Under the pieces are notes generated by a model. It was not told where the DNA came from. It saw only the letters and a program-made list of their open reading frames with translations, and did not search any database. A program made the translations under genes and the position numbers. From NCBI GenBank assembly GCA_900548385.1, contig URKJ01000001.1, positions 72,360 to 136,359 on the forward strand: a DNA stretch of 64,000 nucleotides, in the 5' to 3' direction. Position 1 is the first letter of the stretch; the number at the start of each line of letters is the position of its first letter. Source of the stretch: an uncultured bacterium (GTDB lineage Bacteria; Verrucomicrobiota; Lentisphaeria; Victivallales; UBA1829). Positions 17,513-26,278 of the stretch are shown here, piece by piece.

Positions 17513-17541
17513 AATTATAGCATGAAAGAGAAGACAACGCA
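17513..17541 (-). promoter_or_regulatory. Sigma70-type promoter for the flp/tad operon
   Basis: Minus strand reads TTGCGT (17541-17536), 17-nt spacer, TATAAT (17518-17513), about 25 nt upstream of ATG 17488. Confidence 0.55.
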
Positions 17542-17605
17542 AGAGGAGTTTCAGAAAAAAATTCATTTTCCCGCAATATTTTTTCTTTTTTCTCCGTTTG
17601 AAAAA

Positions 17606-17633
17606 TTGCAAAAGACGGAAGAGAGGCTATATT
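17606..17633 (+). promoter_or_regulatory. Sigma70-type promoter for the TPR-like gene
   Basis: TTGCAA (17606-17611), 16-nt spacer, TATATT (17628-17633), 52 nt upstream of ATG 17686. Confidence 0.45.
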
Positions 17634-17685
17634 TCCTCACATTCATACGAGAATAACGATGGAAAAATAACAGGAGCATCCGATA

Positions 17686-18360
17686 ATGGCAAAGCAGAAA
17701 AAGGTCATGGAATCAGAAGTCATTGCAGACGGTATTACCAGGGATTGCAATACGTTTGAAGCGTGGTTTATCGAGAATGGGAAAACCGTTGCATGGGCAT
17801 GCGTTGCGATCATTGTGATTGTGGCGGTTGTCTTTACCGTGATCCAGATCCGCAAGAGCGCGGACGCGAAAGCCTATTCCGCTCTTGCTTCCGCCACGAC
17901 CGAACAGCAGATACAGGATGCTCTGAAACAGTATCCGAAAGGAACGGCGGCCGCGGAAGCGCGGTTCCGTCTTGCCGGACTTCTGATCAAGGCGAAAAAC
18001 AACAAAGCCGCCATCGAACAGCTGGCTCTGATCGCCGACGACGCGGATGCCATGCCGTTCACCCGTGCCCGCGCCATTCTGGATGCCGGTTATCTTTATG
18101 AAAACGACGGCAAGACCAAAGACGCTCTTTCCCGTTATGAGAAAGCCGCATCCGATCTTCAGCTGCCCGAAGATGCCCGTCTGGAAGGATATTATGCCGC
18201 CGGACGTATGCAGCTGCTGCTGAAAGATGTTGCCAAAGCGCGTGCCGCATTCAAACAGGCGTCCAATGCCGCGGTCCGTTCGCAGGGCGCGTTTTTCTGG
18301 AGCTCCCAGGCTCAGGCGGCCCTGAACCGTTTGCCAGCGGAAACCGCCGCCGCGAAATAA
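17686..18360 (+). CDS. Membrane-anchored TPR-like protein (YfgM-like architecture)
   Basis: One TM helix (VAWACVAIIVIVAVVFTVI) followed by an Ala-rich helical repeat region (AAAEARFRLAGLLIKAKNNKAAIEQL...). GGAG RBS. Confidence 0.65.
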   Translation: MAKQKKVMESEVIADGITRDCNTFEAWFIENGKTVAWACVAIIVIVAVVFTVIQIRKSADAKAYSALASATTEQQIQDALKQYPKGTAAAEARFRLAGLLIKAKNNKAAIEQLALIADDADAMPFTRARAILDAGYLYENDGKTKDALSRYEKAASDLQLPEDARLEGYYAAGRMQLLLKDVAKARAAFKQASNAAVRSQGAFFWSSQAQAALNRLPAETAAAK

Positions 18361-18363
18361 TCC

Positions 18364-19134
18364 GTGGAGACTATATTGTCAAAGCGCCGGGAGTCGCTGC
18401 TCCGCGCTTTGACGACCCGTCACGGCAGAAAGAACAGCGGTTATTGCCTTGTGGAAGGCTTGCGGTGCGTCAACGAGATTCTGACTCTGCGTCCCGATTT
18501 GATCGAAGTCTGCATTCTCCGTGAAGACATGGCGGACCGGGTCGATGCCCCCGATGACCGTACCGTGGTGCTTCCCCGCGCAAAATTTGATTCTCTCGCC
18601 GCCACGGTGAACTCGCAGGGAGTGCTTGTTCTGGCGGAGCAGCCCGGCTATCTGCCGCTTTCCGGAACGCCAGCCGACCCGTTTGCCCTGGTGCTGGACC
18701 GGATTGCCGATCCGGGAAATTTCGGGACGATCATCCGTACCGCCCGCGCCGTCGGGCTGAATGAAATCTGGATTGTGAAAGGCGGTGTGGATCCGTTCGG
18801 GGACAAAGCGGTCCGGTCTGCTTCCAGTGCCCAGTTCGCGGTAGGGATCCGGCTTGCAGACTCTCTGGACGAAGCTGTTTCCGCGCTCCGGCAGCTTGGC
18901 GTGACCCGGTTTTTCCGGACGGAGCCCGCGGAGGGACACAGTGTCTTTACCGAGCCCGGACTGTTTTCCGGTTCCGCGATCGTGCTTGGTAATGAGGCGA
19001 ACGGAGCCGGTCCGGTTCACGGTTCCCTGCCGCTGAATATTCCGATGCCCGGTTCCGCCGAATCGCTGAACGTGGCACAGGCGGCGACCGTGATTCTGTT
19101 CGAATATGTCCGCCGCATGGGAGGAACGGTATGA
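18364..19134 (+). CDS. TrmH/SpoU family RNA 2'-O-methyltransferase
   Basis: SPOUT motifs DRIADPGNFGTIIRTA, VLGNEANG and ESLNVAQAATVILFE. GTG start. Confidence 0.85.
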   Translation: METILSKRRESLLRALTTRHGRKNSGYCLVEGLRCVNEILTLRPDLIEVCILREDMADRVDAPDDRTVVLPRAKFDSLAATVNSQGVLVLAEQPGYLPLSGTPADPFALVLDRIADPGNFGTIIRTARAVGLNEIWIVKGGVDPFGDKAVRSASSAQFAVGIRLADSLDEAVSALRQLGVTRFFRTEPAEGHSVFTEPGLFSGSAIVLGNEANGAGPVHGSLPLNIPMPGSAESLNVAQAATVILFEYVRRMGGTV

Positions 19135-19937
19135 AAACAATGCAGTTTGTCAAGATGGACGGTGCCGGAAATGATTTTGTCGTTGCCGCCGAATTACCCG
19201 GCAATATGGTGCTTCATACGCCCGATGCAGTCCGTGCAGTTTGCGACCGCCGCCGGGGTATCGGGGCGGATGGTATGCTGATCCTCCGTCCGGTTTCGCC
19301 CGGCGAGCTGACTATGACCTACTATAATTCCGACGGATCTCCGGCGGATCTGTGCGGCAACGGTCTCCGCTGCTGCATGGAGTTCGCCGCTCTTGCCGGG
19401 TTGGCGGGGGATCATGCGGTGTTTCATACCGGGGCGGGGAGGCTGGAGGCGTGGCGGATCGCGCCGGAACAGATCCGGATTCAGATGCCGTCCGCAGAGC
19501 CGTTCCGGGAACTGACCGTGTGCGGATATCCGCTCTTTCTGACATCGACCGGAGTCCCTCATGCCGTGGTGCCGCTGATGAAACGGGGGTTTGAGGAGCT
19601 GGATGCGGTGCGGACCGGACGTTCCATCCGGCTAGCGGAGGAACTGGAGCCCGCAGGGGCAAATGTGGATTTTATCGAAGTTCTTGATCCCGACACTGCA
19701 CGGGTCCGCACTTACGAGCGCGGTGTGGAGGATGAGACGCTTGCGTGCGGGACCGGAGCCGCCGCCGTCGGCGCTTTCCTCTGGCGGAAACATGGCGGAG
19801 ACCGGAAAAAACGCATAATTTGCGTCGGAGGCGATGTTTTGAGTATTGAATTAACCGTAAACGGGAATATTTTAAAAGAGATTCATCTTTCAGGACCCGC
19901 ACGCGCGGTGTTCTCCGGAAACTGGAACTGGAAATAA
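19131..19937 (+). CDS. dapF: Diaminopimelate epimerase
   Basis: FVKMDGAGNDFVV, plus catalytic Cys motifs CGNGLRC and ACGTGAAA. Confidence 0.93.
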   Translation: MKTMQFVKMDGAGNDFVVAAELPGNMVLHTPDAVRAVCDRRRGIGADGMLILRPVSPGELTMTYYNSDGSPADLCGNGLRCCMEFAALAGLAGDHAVFHTGAGRLEAWRIAPEQIRIQMPSAEPFRELTVCGYPLFLTSTGVPHAVVPLMKRGFEELDAVRTGRSIRLAEELEPAGANVDFIEVLDPDTARVRTYERGVEDETLACGTGAAAVGAFLWRKHGGDRKKRIICVGGDVLSIELTVNGNILKEIHLSGPARAVFSGNWNWK

Positions 19938-19967
19938 CAAACATTCAACATATTGGAGATAGACACA

Positions 19968-20834
19968 ATGAGCATCCAAGGACTTTATACCGCACTGATC
20001 ACACCGTTTTCTCATGGAGCCGTGGATTACGGCAAGCTCAAAGAAGTGGTGGAACAGCAGATCGCCGGCGGCGTTGACGGTATTCTGCCGACCGGAACCA
20101 CCGGCGAATCCCCGACTTTGAGCGTCGAAGAACATCTCGACGTGATTGAGAAAGTCATCGAATATGCCAACGGCCGCTGTAAAATCATGGCGGGTACCGG
20201 AGCGAACTGCACCGAAGAGGCGATCCGCCTGACGCATAAAGCCAAGGCGATGGGCGCGGATTCCTGTCTGCAGGTGACGCCGTATTACAACAAGCCGACT
20301 CAGGAAGGACTGTACCGCCATTTCAGCAAAATCGCCGATGACTGCGGGCTTCCGGTCGTTCTTTACAACGTGCCGGGAAGAACGGGAATTCCGATCGCGG
20401 CGGAAACCGTTGCGCGCCTGTCCTCCAATCCGAACATCGTTGCGGTGAAGGAGGCGGGCGGTTCCGTGGAGCGTGTTTCCGAAATCCTGAATCTCTGCGA
20501 CATTACCGTGATGTCCGGTGACGACAGCCTCACGCTTCCGATGATGTCCGTCGGAGCGAAAGGCATCATTTCCGTCGCCTCGAACATTTACCCCGCCGAG
20601 CTGAAAAAGATGGTCGATCTCTGCGCCGCCGGAAACTTTGCGGAGGGGCTCCGGATTCATCGCAGATTCTATAATCTGTTCAAGCACCTGTTCATCGAAT
20701 CGAATCCGATTCCCGTCAAAGCCGCGATGGCGATGATGGGAATGATCGAAGAGGAATACCGTCTGCCGCTCTGCCCGATTTCCGAAAAGAACCGCGCCGT
20801 TCTGAAGGCGACTCTGGACGCACTGAACAAATGA
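19968..20834 (+). CDS. dapA: 4-hydroxy-tetrahydrodipicolinate synthase
   Basis: GLYTALITPF, GTTGESPTLS and VAVKEAGG (Schiff-base Lys region). ATG 19968 with GGAG 9 nt upstream. Confidence 0.93.
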   Translation: MSIQGLYTALITPFSHGAVDYGKLKEVVEQQIAGGVDGILPTGTTGESPTLSVEEHLDVIEKVIEYANGRCKIMAGTGANCTEEAIRLTHKAKAMGADSCLQVTPYYNKPTQEGLYRHFSKIADDCGLPVVLYNVPGRTGIPIAAETVARLSSNPNIVAVKEAGGSVERVSEILNLCDITVMSGDDSLTLPMMSVGAKGIISVASNIYPAELKKMVDLCAAGNFAEGLRIHRRFYNLFKHLFIESNPIPVKAAMAMMGMIEEEYRLPLCPISEKNRAVLKATLDALNK

Positions 20835-22003
20835 AAGTTGCAGTTCTTTCCGGTCTGAGACGGAAAGCGGGGGATCTCAGCGAATTCTTTCTGCTGCGTG
20901 CGATTCACGCTGCAGCGTCGTATCTGAACGCGGAGGCGATGGTCGTTTGCGGTCCCCTCTGCGCCTCCACCGCGGAAAAACTGGATTTTGCGGAAACGGT
21001 GTTCGCATCGGTCAAGCGGAGAAAGCTCGCGATCCGGCTGATCTGGATGAAAGGGGAGGGAGACCCTGCGGATTATTACGATCATTTTCCCGAACCTGTC
21101 GGCGAGACGCTGGACGGATTGCCGGTTCCCGCGTTTCTTGCGCTGTTGGGAGAGGTGCCGGAAATGTCCGCGCCCGAATTCCCGTTCGTGACTGTGGAAT
21201 TGAACGGCGGGCGGATGGAAAACCGTACCGTTCACTCTCTTGCCGTTCCGTCCGAGTGGCGGGGACGGCTGACCGATTATCACGTTCACACGAATCTGGC
21301 TTATTGTTCTGAAAATATGACGGTTCCGTCTGCGTTGCGGCTTGCAAAGATGGCGGGAGTGGGGCGTCTGAATTTCGCGGAACATTCCGGTCAGCTTTAT
21401 TTCGGAAACGATGACTACTGGGCGGGACGTTATGTCATGCGGACGCGCGGAACGCCGGAAGGCGTGCCGGAACAGCTCCGTCTGCCGCTGTACCGCGATT
21501 TGATCGCCAGATATTATGACGGTTCCTTTTCCTACGGTTTCGAGGTCGATGCCGATCCGGAGGGCGTGCCTGCCATTACGCCGGACGCCGTCGCGTTTGC
21601 CCGGATCCGTGTCGGTTCCATTCATCACCTGTTCTGTGCGGAGACTCCTGCCGCGCTGAAAGAGGAGTTTCTGCGGAAAGTGGAAGCTCTGCTGCAGTCC
21701 GGTGTGCGCATTCTGGCGCATCCTTTCCGGATCTTTACAAAGGGATTCGGTATGGCGGAACCGGAGGAACTGTATCTGCCGACCATTGAACTGCTGAAAC
21801 GGTATGGCGCGGCGGCGGAGATCAACTGTCATGCCGGATACCGTCCGAATCCCGCATTTTTTGCGCTGTGCCTGAAACACGGGGTGAAACTTTCCATCGG
21901 GACAGACTCCCATAATCTTTATGAAGTCGGTTTCCTGACGCCGCATTTCGCGATTCTGAAAGCGATTGATGCGTATTCCCGTCTGGATGAAGTCCTGATC
22001 TGA
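20831..22003 (+). CDS. PHP (polymerase/histidinol phosphatase-like) domain protein with unassigned ~140-aa N-terminal domain
   Basis: DYHVHTNLAYCSE and NFAEHSGQ resemble PHP metal-binding motifs; later GTDSH. ATGA overlap with the dapA stop. Confidence 0.65.
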   Translation: MKVAVLSGLRRKAGDLSEFFLLRAIHAAASYLNAEAMVVCGPLCASTAEKLDFAETVFASVKRRKLAIRLIWMKGEGDPADYYDHFPEPVGETLDGLPVPAFLALLGEVPEMSAPEFPFVTVELNGGRMENRTVHSLAVPSEWRGRLTDYHVHTNLAYCSENMTVPSALRLAKMAGVGRLNFAEHSGQLYFGNDDYWAGRYVMRTRGTPEGVPEQLRLPLYRDLIARYYDGSFSYGFEVDADPEGVPAITPDAVAFARIRVGSIHHLFCAETPAALKEEFLRKVEALLQSGVRILAHPFRIFTKGFGMAEPEELYLPTIELLKRYGAAAEINCHAGYRPNPAFFALCLKHGVKLSIGTDSHNLYEVGFLTPHFAILKAIDAYSRLDEVLI

Positions 22004-22016
22004 TTCCGCTTCAGAT

Positions 22017-22988
22017 TCAGATATTGGTCTGTGTGAACAGATACGAGGGGGAGCGGAGCATTCCCGCACAGATGCCGTACGGTGTGACGCGGAATTCATA
22101 GCTTCCGGTCAGCTCCAGCGCGCAGCGGAGAATCATTGCGCCGGAAGCGATGGTCGGTGCCATCTGCCTGTCGATTCCCGGCAGGCCCGTTACCGATTCT
22201 TTGGATCGTGCGACAAGATTTCTGCTGAGCTCGACAAGGGCGGCGGTTTTCTGCGGGATCGCCGCGATTGAGTCCACGGATTCGTAGACGGAGTGTTTGG
22301 TGAGGAGGCTCAGGCAACCGAACGAGAGCGGCCCGACCGCCATAAATTCCGGTTCCACGGCAAGGTTGCTGCGCCACTTCCGGTAATCGGCGGACAGACC
22401 GGACAGTTTTTTCGTAACGTACCGGTGCAGTGCGATCTGCCGGAAGAGGGTCAGATGTCTGCGCCGTTTGAAATGCCGGTCCACTTTGGATACTCCGAGA
22501 TCGAGCTCGACAGCACCGTCGATCGTTGATGCCGTTCCGTAGGAAAAACAGAAATTGCTGTAACCGACATAAGTGACGATAACCGGCAGGTTCGCCATGG
22601 CGTCCGTGACTGCTCCGGCAAAGTTGAGGCGCAGCTCATCGCGTCCGCTCAGCAGACGGGGAAACGTGCCGAATTCCCGTTGACAGCCGAGAAGCAGCAG
22701 ACTGCGGTTCGGGACTTTCCGCAGGGAGGAGGTCGCCGCCACATAGAATGTGCTGACGCCTTCCAGACGCGCGGTTTCGTGAAATTCCCGGAGGGCGTCG
22801 AGCACCCGTTTCATTCCCGCATCGGAGAGCAGACCGTCTTCCGTGCGGTCGAGGGCCATATCGGTAAATGTCGTGAACTGGTTGATCGTTTCAAAAGAGG
22901 TGCCGTTGGGCAGCATCCGGGCAATCAGCATCTGCGCGGTATAGGCTCCGATATAGATTGCGGCGGAAATTGTTTCATTTATTGGCAT
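22017..22988 (-). CDS. Ppx/GppA phosphatase-fold protein with degenerate phosphate-binding motifs
   Basis: VLDALREFHETARLEGVSTFYVAATSSLRKVPN....LSGRDELRLNFAGAV is colinear with Ppx/GppA N-terminal domains. However, the DxGSNS and DIGGGS motifs read IYIGAYT and TYVGYSN. Confidence 0.7.
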   Translation of the reverse strand: MPINETISAAIYIGAYTAQMLIARMLPNGTSFETINQFTTFTDMALDRTEDGLLSDAGMKRVLDALREFHETARLEGVSTFYVAATSSLRKVPNRSLLLLGCQREFGTFPRLLSGRDELRLNFAGAVTDAMANLPVIVTYVGYSNFCFSYGTASTIDGAVELDLGVSKVDRHFKRRRHLTLFRQIALHRYVTKKLSGLSADYRKWRSNLAVEPEFMAVGPLSFGCLSLLTKHSVYESVDSIAAIPQKTAALVELSRNLVARSKESVTGLPGIDRQMAPTIASGAMILRCALELTGSYEFRVTPYGICAGMLRSPSYLFTQTNI

Positions 22989-23142
22989 ATTTTTTCATTC
23001 TTTCGCTTGCTTTTTTTTCTCTTTTCTGCCATTGTATAATGTAGCTCGGAAAATTGATTGTGCAAATGAAAAATTTTCCATTGGAACAGAGACCTTGTAT
23101 TTTGAGCTGAAATAAGGGTCAAAAAAGTTGAAAGTGGTCAAA

Positions 23143-24159
23143 ATGATTATTGTTTTCAAACCGAACAGTCCGGAAACCGAAATCAGAAAAGTTGAAAAAA
23201 TGGTTGCGGACATGGGGTATGAACCGCGTCTGATCAAAGGCGTTGAGCATACCGTTCTCGGTGCGGTGGGTGACGAGAACATGCACATGTCGCTCGAAGC
23301 TCTCAGAAATCTGCCTTGCATCGAAGATGTACACCCGATCCAGAAAAAATATAAACTGGCGAGCCGTGAGTTTCATCCCGACAACTCGGAATTCAAGATC
23401 GGCAAAGAGGTGATCGGCGGAAAGAAATTCCAGATCATTGCCGGTCCCTGTTCCATCGAATCCGCCGAACAGATGGATATTGTCGCTTCCACTTTGACCG
23501 CGGACGGCGTCGGCATTCTGCGCGGCGGAGCGTTCAAGCCCCGTACGTCTCCTTACGATTTTCAGGGACTCGGTCAGGGCGGAATTGATATTCTCAAAGC
23601 GGTCAAGGAAAAATACGACGTCCCGGTCATTACGGAGGTCGTCGGCATTCCGACGATTCAGGCGGTCGCCGAGGTGGCGGACTGCATTCAGATCGGCGCG
23701 CGCAACTGCCAGAATTACAATCTGCTGGAAAACGTCGCCAAGGCGGGACGTCCCGTTCTGCTCAAACGCGGCATGTCCACCACCATCGAAGAGTGGCTGA
23801 ACGCGGCGGAATATCTGTTGGCGAACGGCTGCGCCAATGTGGTTCTTTGTGAACGCGGAATCCGTACGTTCGAGACCGCAACGCGCAACACGCTGGACAT
23901 CAGTGCGGTTGCAGTGGTCAAGAAAGAGTCGCATCTCCCGATCGTGATTGATCCGAGCCATGCGGCGGGTAAACTGGAATATGTGCTTCCGCTTGCGAAA
24001 GCCGCTGCGGCGATCGGTGCGGACGGTCTCATTGTGGAATCCCATCCGCAGCCGGTCAAGGCGCTCAGCGATGCCGCACAACAGATCCCGTGCGCCGATT
24101 TCAAGAAATTCCTGGATGAACTCCGGCCCTTCGTCGAGGCTGCCGGCAGAACGTTATGA
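23143..24159 (+). CDS. aroF: 3-deoxy-7-phosphoheptulonate (DAHP) synthase, type I-beta with N-terminal regulatory ferredoxin-like domain
   Basis: MIIVFKP...regulatory domain, as in Thermotoga-type DAHPS. Also KPRTSPYDFQGLG and DPSHAAG. Start ATG 23143 (TTG 23128 possible). Confidence 0.9.
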   Translation: MIIVFKPNSPETEIRKVEKMVADMGYEPRLIKGVEHTVLGAVGDENMHMSLEALRNLPCIEDVHPIQKKYKLASREFHPDNSEFKIGKEVIGGKKFQIIAGPCSIESAEQMDIVASTLTADGVGILRGGAFKPRTSPYDFQGLGQGGIDILKAVKEKYDVPVITEVVGIPTIQAVAEVADCIQIGARNCQNYNLLENVAKAGRPVLLKRGMSTTIEEWLNAAEYLLANGCANVVLCERGIRTFETATRNTLDISAVAVVKKESHLPIVIDPSHAAGKLEYVLPLAKAAAAIGADGLIVESHPQPVKALSDAAQQIPCADFKKFLDELRPFVEAAGRTL

Positions 24160-24716
24160 GCGATGACCTGAAGGATTTATGGCGTTCACTGGAGCGTCCG
24201 AGAGAGATCTTCAGGTCCCGTGTCATTACTCTGTGCGCGGAGCATTACAAGTGCCTGCGCACAGGGGCTGTTCATGAATTCATCACCTGCCGCTCCTGCG
24301 ACTGGGTCAACGTGGTCGCCGTCACCAGACGGCGGGAACTGCTGCTGATCCGGCAGTTCCGGCACGGTTCGCGCAAAACGGAATGGGAGATTCCCGGCGG
24401 CTGTATTGATCCCTCGGATCCGTCTCCCGAAGCCGCGGGAATCCGGGAGCTGATGGAGGAGACCGGATTTGCCGGAAAAAACGCGCGGATCATCGGACGT
24501 GTCCATCCGAATCCGGCGCTTCAGGGCAATTACTGCCATACCGTCCTGATCGAGGACGCCGAACAGGTCTCGGAACCGCACTTGGAGCCGACGGAATGCA
24601 TCGTGTCCGCCCTGCTTCCGGAGGAGAAGGTGCGGGAGATGATCCGGGGCGGCGTGATTGAGCATGGGCTCGTTCTGAATGCCCTGATGTTTTATTTTAT
24701 GGAGAAACAGAAATGA
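24156..24716 (+). CDS. NUDIX hydrolase (ADP-ribose pyrophosphatase-like)
   Basis: Nudix box GGCIDPSDPSPEAAGIRELMEETGF. ATGA overlap with aroF. Confidence 0.88.
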   Translation: MSDDLKDLWRSLERPREIFRSRVITLCAEHYKCLRTGAVHEFITCRSCDWVNVVAVTRRRELLLIRQFRHGSRKTEWEIPGGCIDPSDPSPEAAGIRELMEETGFAGKNARIIGRVHPNPALQGNYCHTVLIEDAEQVSEPHLEPTECIVSALLPEEKVREMIRGGVIEHGLVLNALMFYFMEKQK

Positions 24717-24976
24717 AGAGTGCTTATGAACTTGCGCTGGAGCGCAGCGGCGGGATCCTGAACGCGGTCCCGGAGGAAATCAAAGAAAAACTCGCGGAGA
24801 TCGAACAGATCCGCAAAGCGAAAGTCGCCGAGGCGGAGCTTTCCGCCCAACAGAGAATCGCACGGGAATCCGATCCGGAAAAAGCCGCTGAAGTCAAAGA
24901 GGCGCTTGTGACGGAGATCGCCGCGATCAACGATAAATACGAACGGGAAAAAGAGAAGATCCGCAACGGGAAATAA
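24713..24976 (+). CDS. Small charged coiled-coil protein, function unknown
   Basis: 87-aa K/E/A-rich ORF. ATGA overlap with the NUDIX gene stop suggests translational coupling. Confidence 0.55.
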   Translation: MKSAYELALERSGGILNAVPEEIKEKLAEIEQIRKAKVAEAELSAQQRIARESDPEKAAEVKEALVTEIAAINDKYEREKEKIRNGK

Positions 24977-25020
24977 CCCCCGTCGGCAGTTGTTCCGCTG
25001 GAAATCAGTTTCGGGAATGT

Positions 25021-25917
25021 TTATTGCGCATTCCCGAAAACTTCCTCCGCGGATGGAATGGAAACGGCGGCTCCTGCCCGGCTTACGGCGATACTGCCCG
25101 CCAGTGCGGCAAGCTCCATTGTGCGTTCCGGAGAAAATCCGCGCAGTTTTGCGGCGAGATAATAACCGGAAAAGGTGTCGCCCGCACTGGTGGTGTCCAC
25201 GACTTTCACGTCCGGGCTCGGTACATGGAAACGGTCCGCGCCTTTGGCATAACAGGCGCCGTCTCCGCCGAGCGTCATAACGATTTCGCTTTCCGGATAG
25301 CGTGCGCTCAGAATATCCAGAACCGCATCCGGCGAACCTTCCGAGCCGGAGAGCTGGGCGGCTTCGATCTCATTGACGAACAGCACATCGGCAAGTTCCA
25401 ACGGGTAATCCGCGACTTCCGGACCGCAGGGAGCCGGATTGATCGCGATCAGGAGTCCGCGTGCTTTTGCCTCCCGCATCAGAAACGGGATTTCATTGAT
25501 CTCATTCTGCAGCAGAAGCCAGCTTCCATGGCTCTGTTGATCAAGAACGTTGCGGATTTCCTCCCGTGTGACCGCCCGGTTCGCTCCGGGATAAAGCAGA
25601 ATACAGTTCTGACCGTTCCGGTCGACTTGAATGATCGCGTGTCCGGTCGGCTGTTCTCCGTGGATCAGAAACCGGGTATCGACTCCGGCGAGCCGCAGAG
25701 TCTCTTCCAGAAACGCTCCGTCTGCCCCGATTTTTCCCGCGTGCGCGGTCCGGACGCCGGCACGGGCGAGCGCGACGGACTGGTTCAGCCCTTTTCCGCC
25801 GGCAAATTGTGCGTAATCCGCGCAGGCGAGCGTTTCCGCCGGGCGAACGAAGTGCGGAACCTGATAGACATGGTCAATGTTCAGCGATCCGAAATTCAGT
25901 ACTTGAATATTCTGCAT
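25021..25917 (-). CDS. rbsK: Ribokinase (PfkB family)
   Basis: GSLNIDHVY, GGKGLNQSVALARAG and DTTSAGDTFSG (PfkB signature 2). Confidence 0.88.
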   Translation of the reverse strand: MQNIQVLNFGSLNIDHVYQVPHFVRPAETLACADYAQFAGGKGLNQSVALARAGVRTAHAGKIGADGAFLEETLRLAGVDTRFLIHGEQPTGHAIIQVDRNGQNCILLYPGANRAVTREEIRNVLDQQSHGSWLLLQNEINEIPFLMREAKARGLLIAINPAPCGPEVADYPLELADVLFVNEIEAAQLSGSEGSPDAVLDILSARYPESEIVMTLGGDGACYAKGADRFHVPSPDVKVVDTTSAGDTFSGYYLAAKLRGFSPERTMELAALAGSIAVSRAGAAVSIPSAEEVFGNAQ

Positions 25918-25923
25918 GTGCGC

Positions 25924-26274
25924 TCAGTATTTAACGATGACGGCGAGCACTTCCAGCGTGTCCGTGCCGATGTTTTTCAGGTAATGACTTTCCCCGCCGC
26001 GGCAGATGCTGGCGTCGCCGGGATTGAGGACTTCCGTTTTGCCGTTATCGAGCGTTTCCGCCGTTCCCGTCAGTACAAAGAACAGTTCTTCTTCGTTTTC
26101 GTGCGTGTGCTCTCCGATGGAACAGCCGGGTTCCAGCACGAGTTTGGAATACATGCGGGTATTGGATTTCATTTCTTCGCCCGGTTTCCAGATGGCGGAA
26201 AAGAGGACTTCGCCATTGCCGCCGCGCGCGTTTTTACGGATTTCGCCGACGAATTCATCCGGTCTCTTGATCAT
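25924..26274 (-). CDS. Cupin domain protein
   Basis: GEHTHENEEELFFVLTG ... NPGD....GESHYLKN (cupin motifs 1 and 2). Confidence 0.8.
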   Translation of the reverse strand: MIKRPDEFVGEIRKNARGGNGEVLFSAIWKPGEEMKSNTRMYSKLVLEPGCSIGEHTHENEEELFFVLTGTAETLDNGKTEVLNPGDASICRGGESHYLKNIGTDTLEVLAVIVKY

Positions 26275-26278
26275 GATG

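Noticed and set aside
25008-25037. Hairpin TTCGGGAATG-N10-CATTCCCGAA as a terminator for the 87-aa gene.
   Set aside because: The right arm lies inside the 3' end of the convergent ribokinase coding sequence and there is no T-run. It may still act as a bidirectional stop, but the evidence is too weak to annotate.
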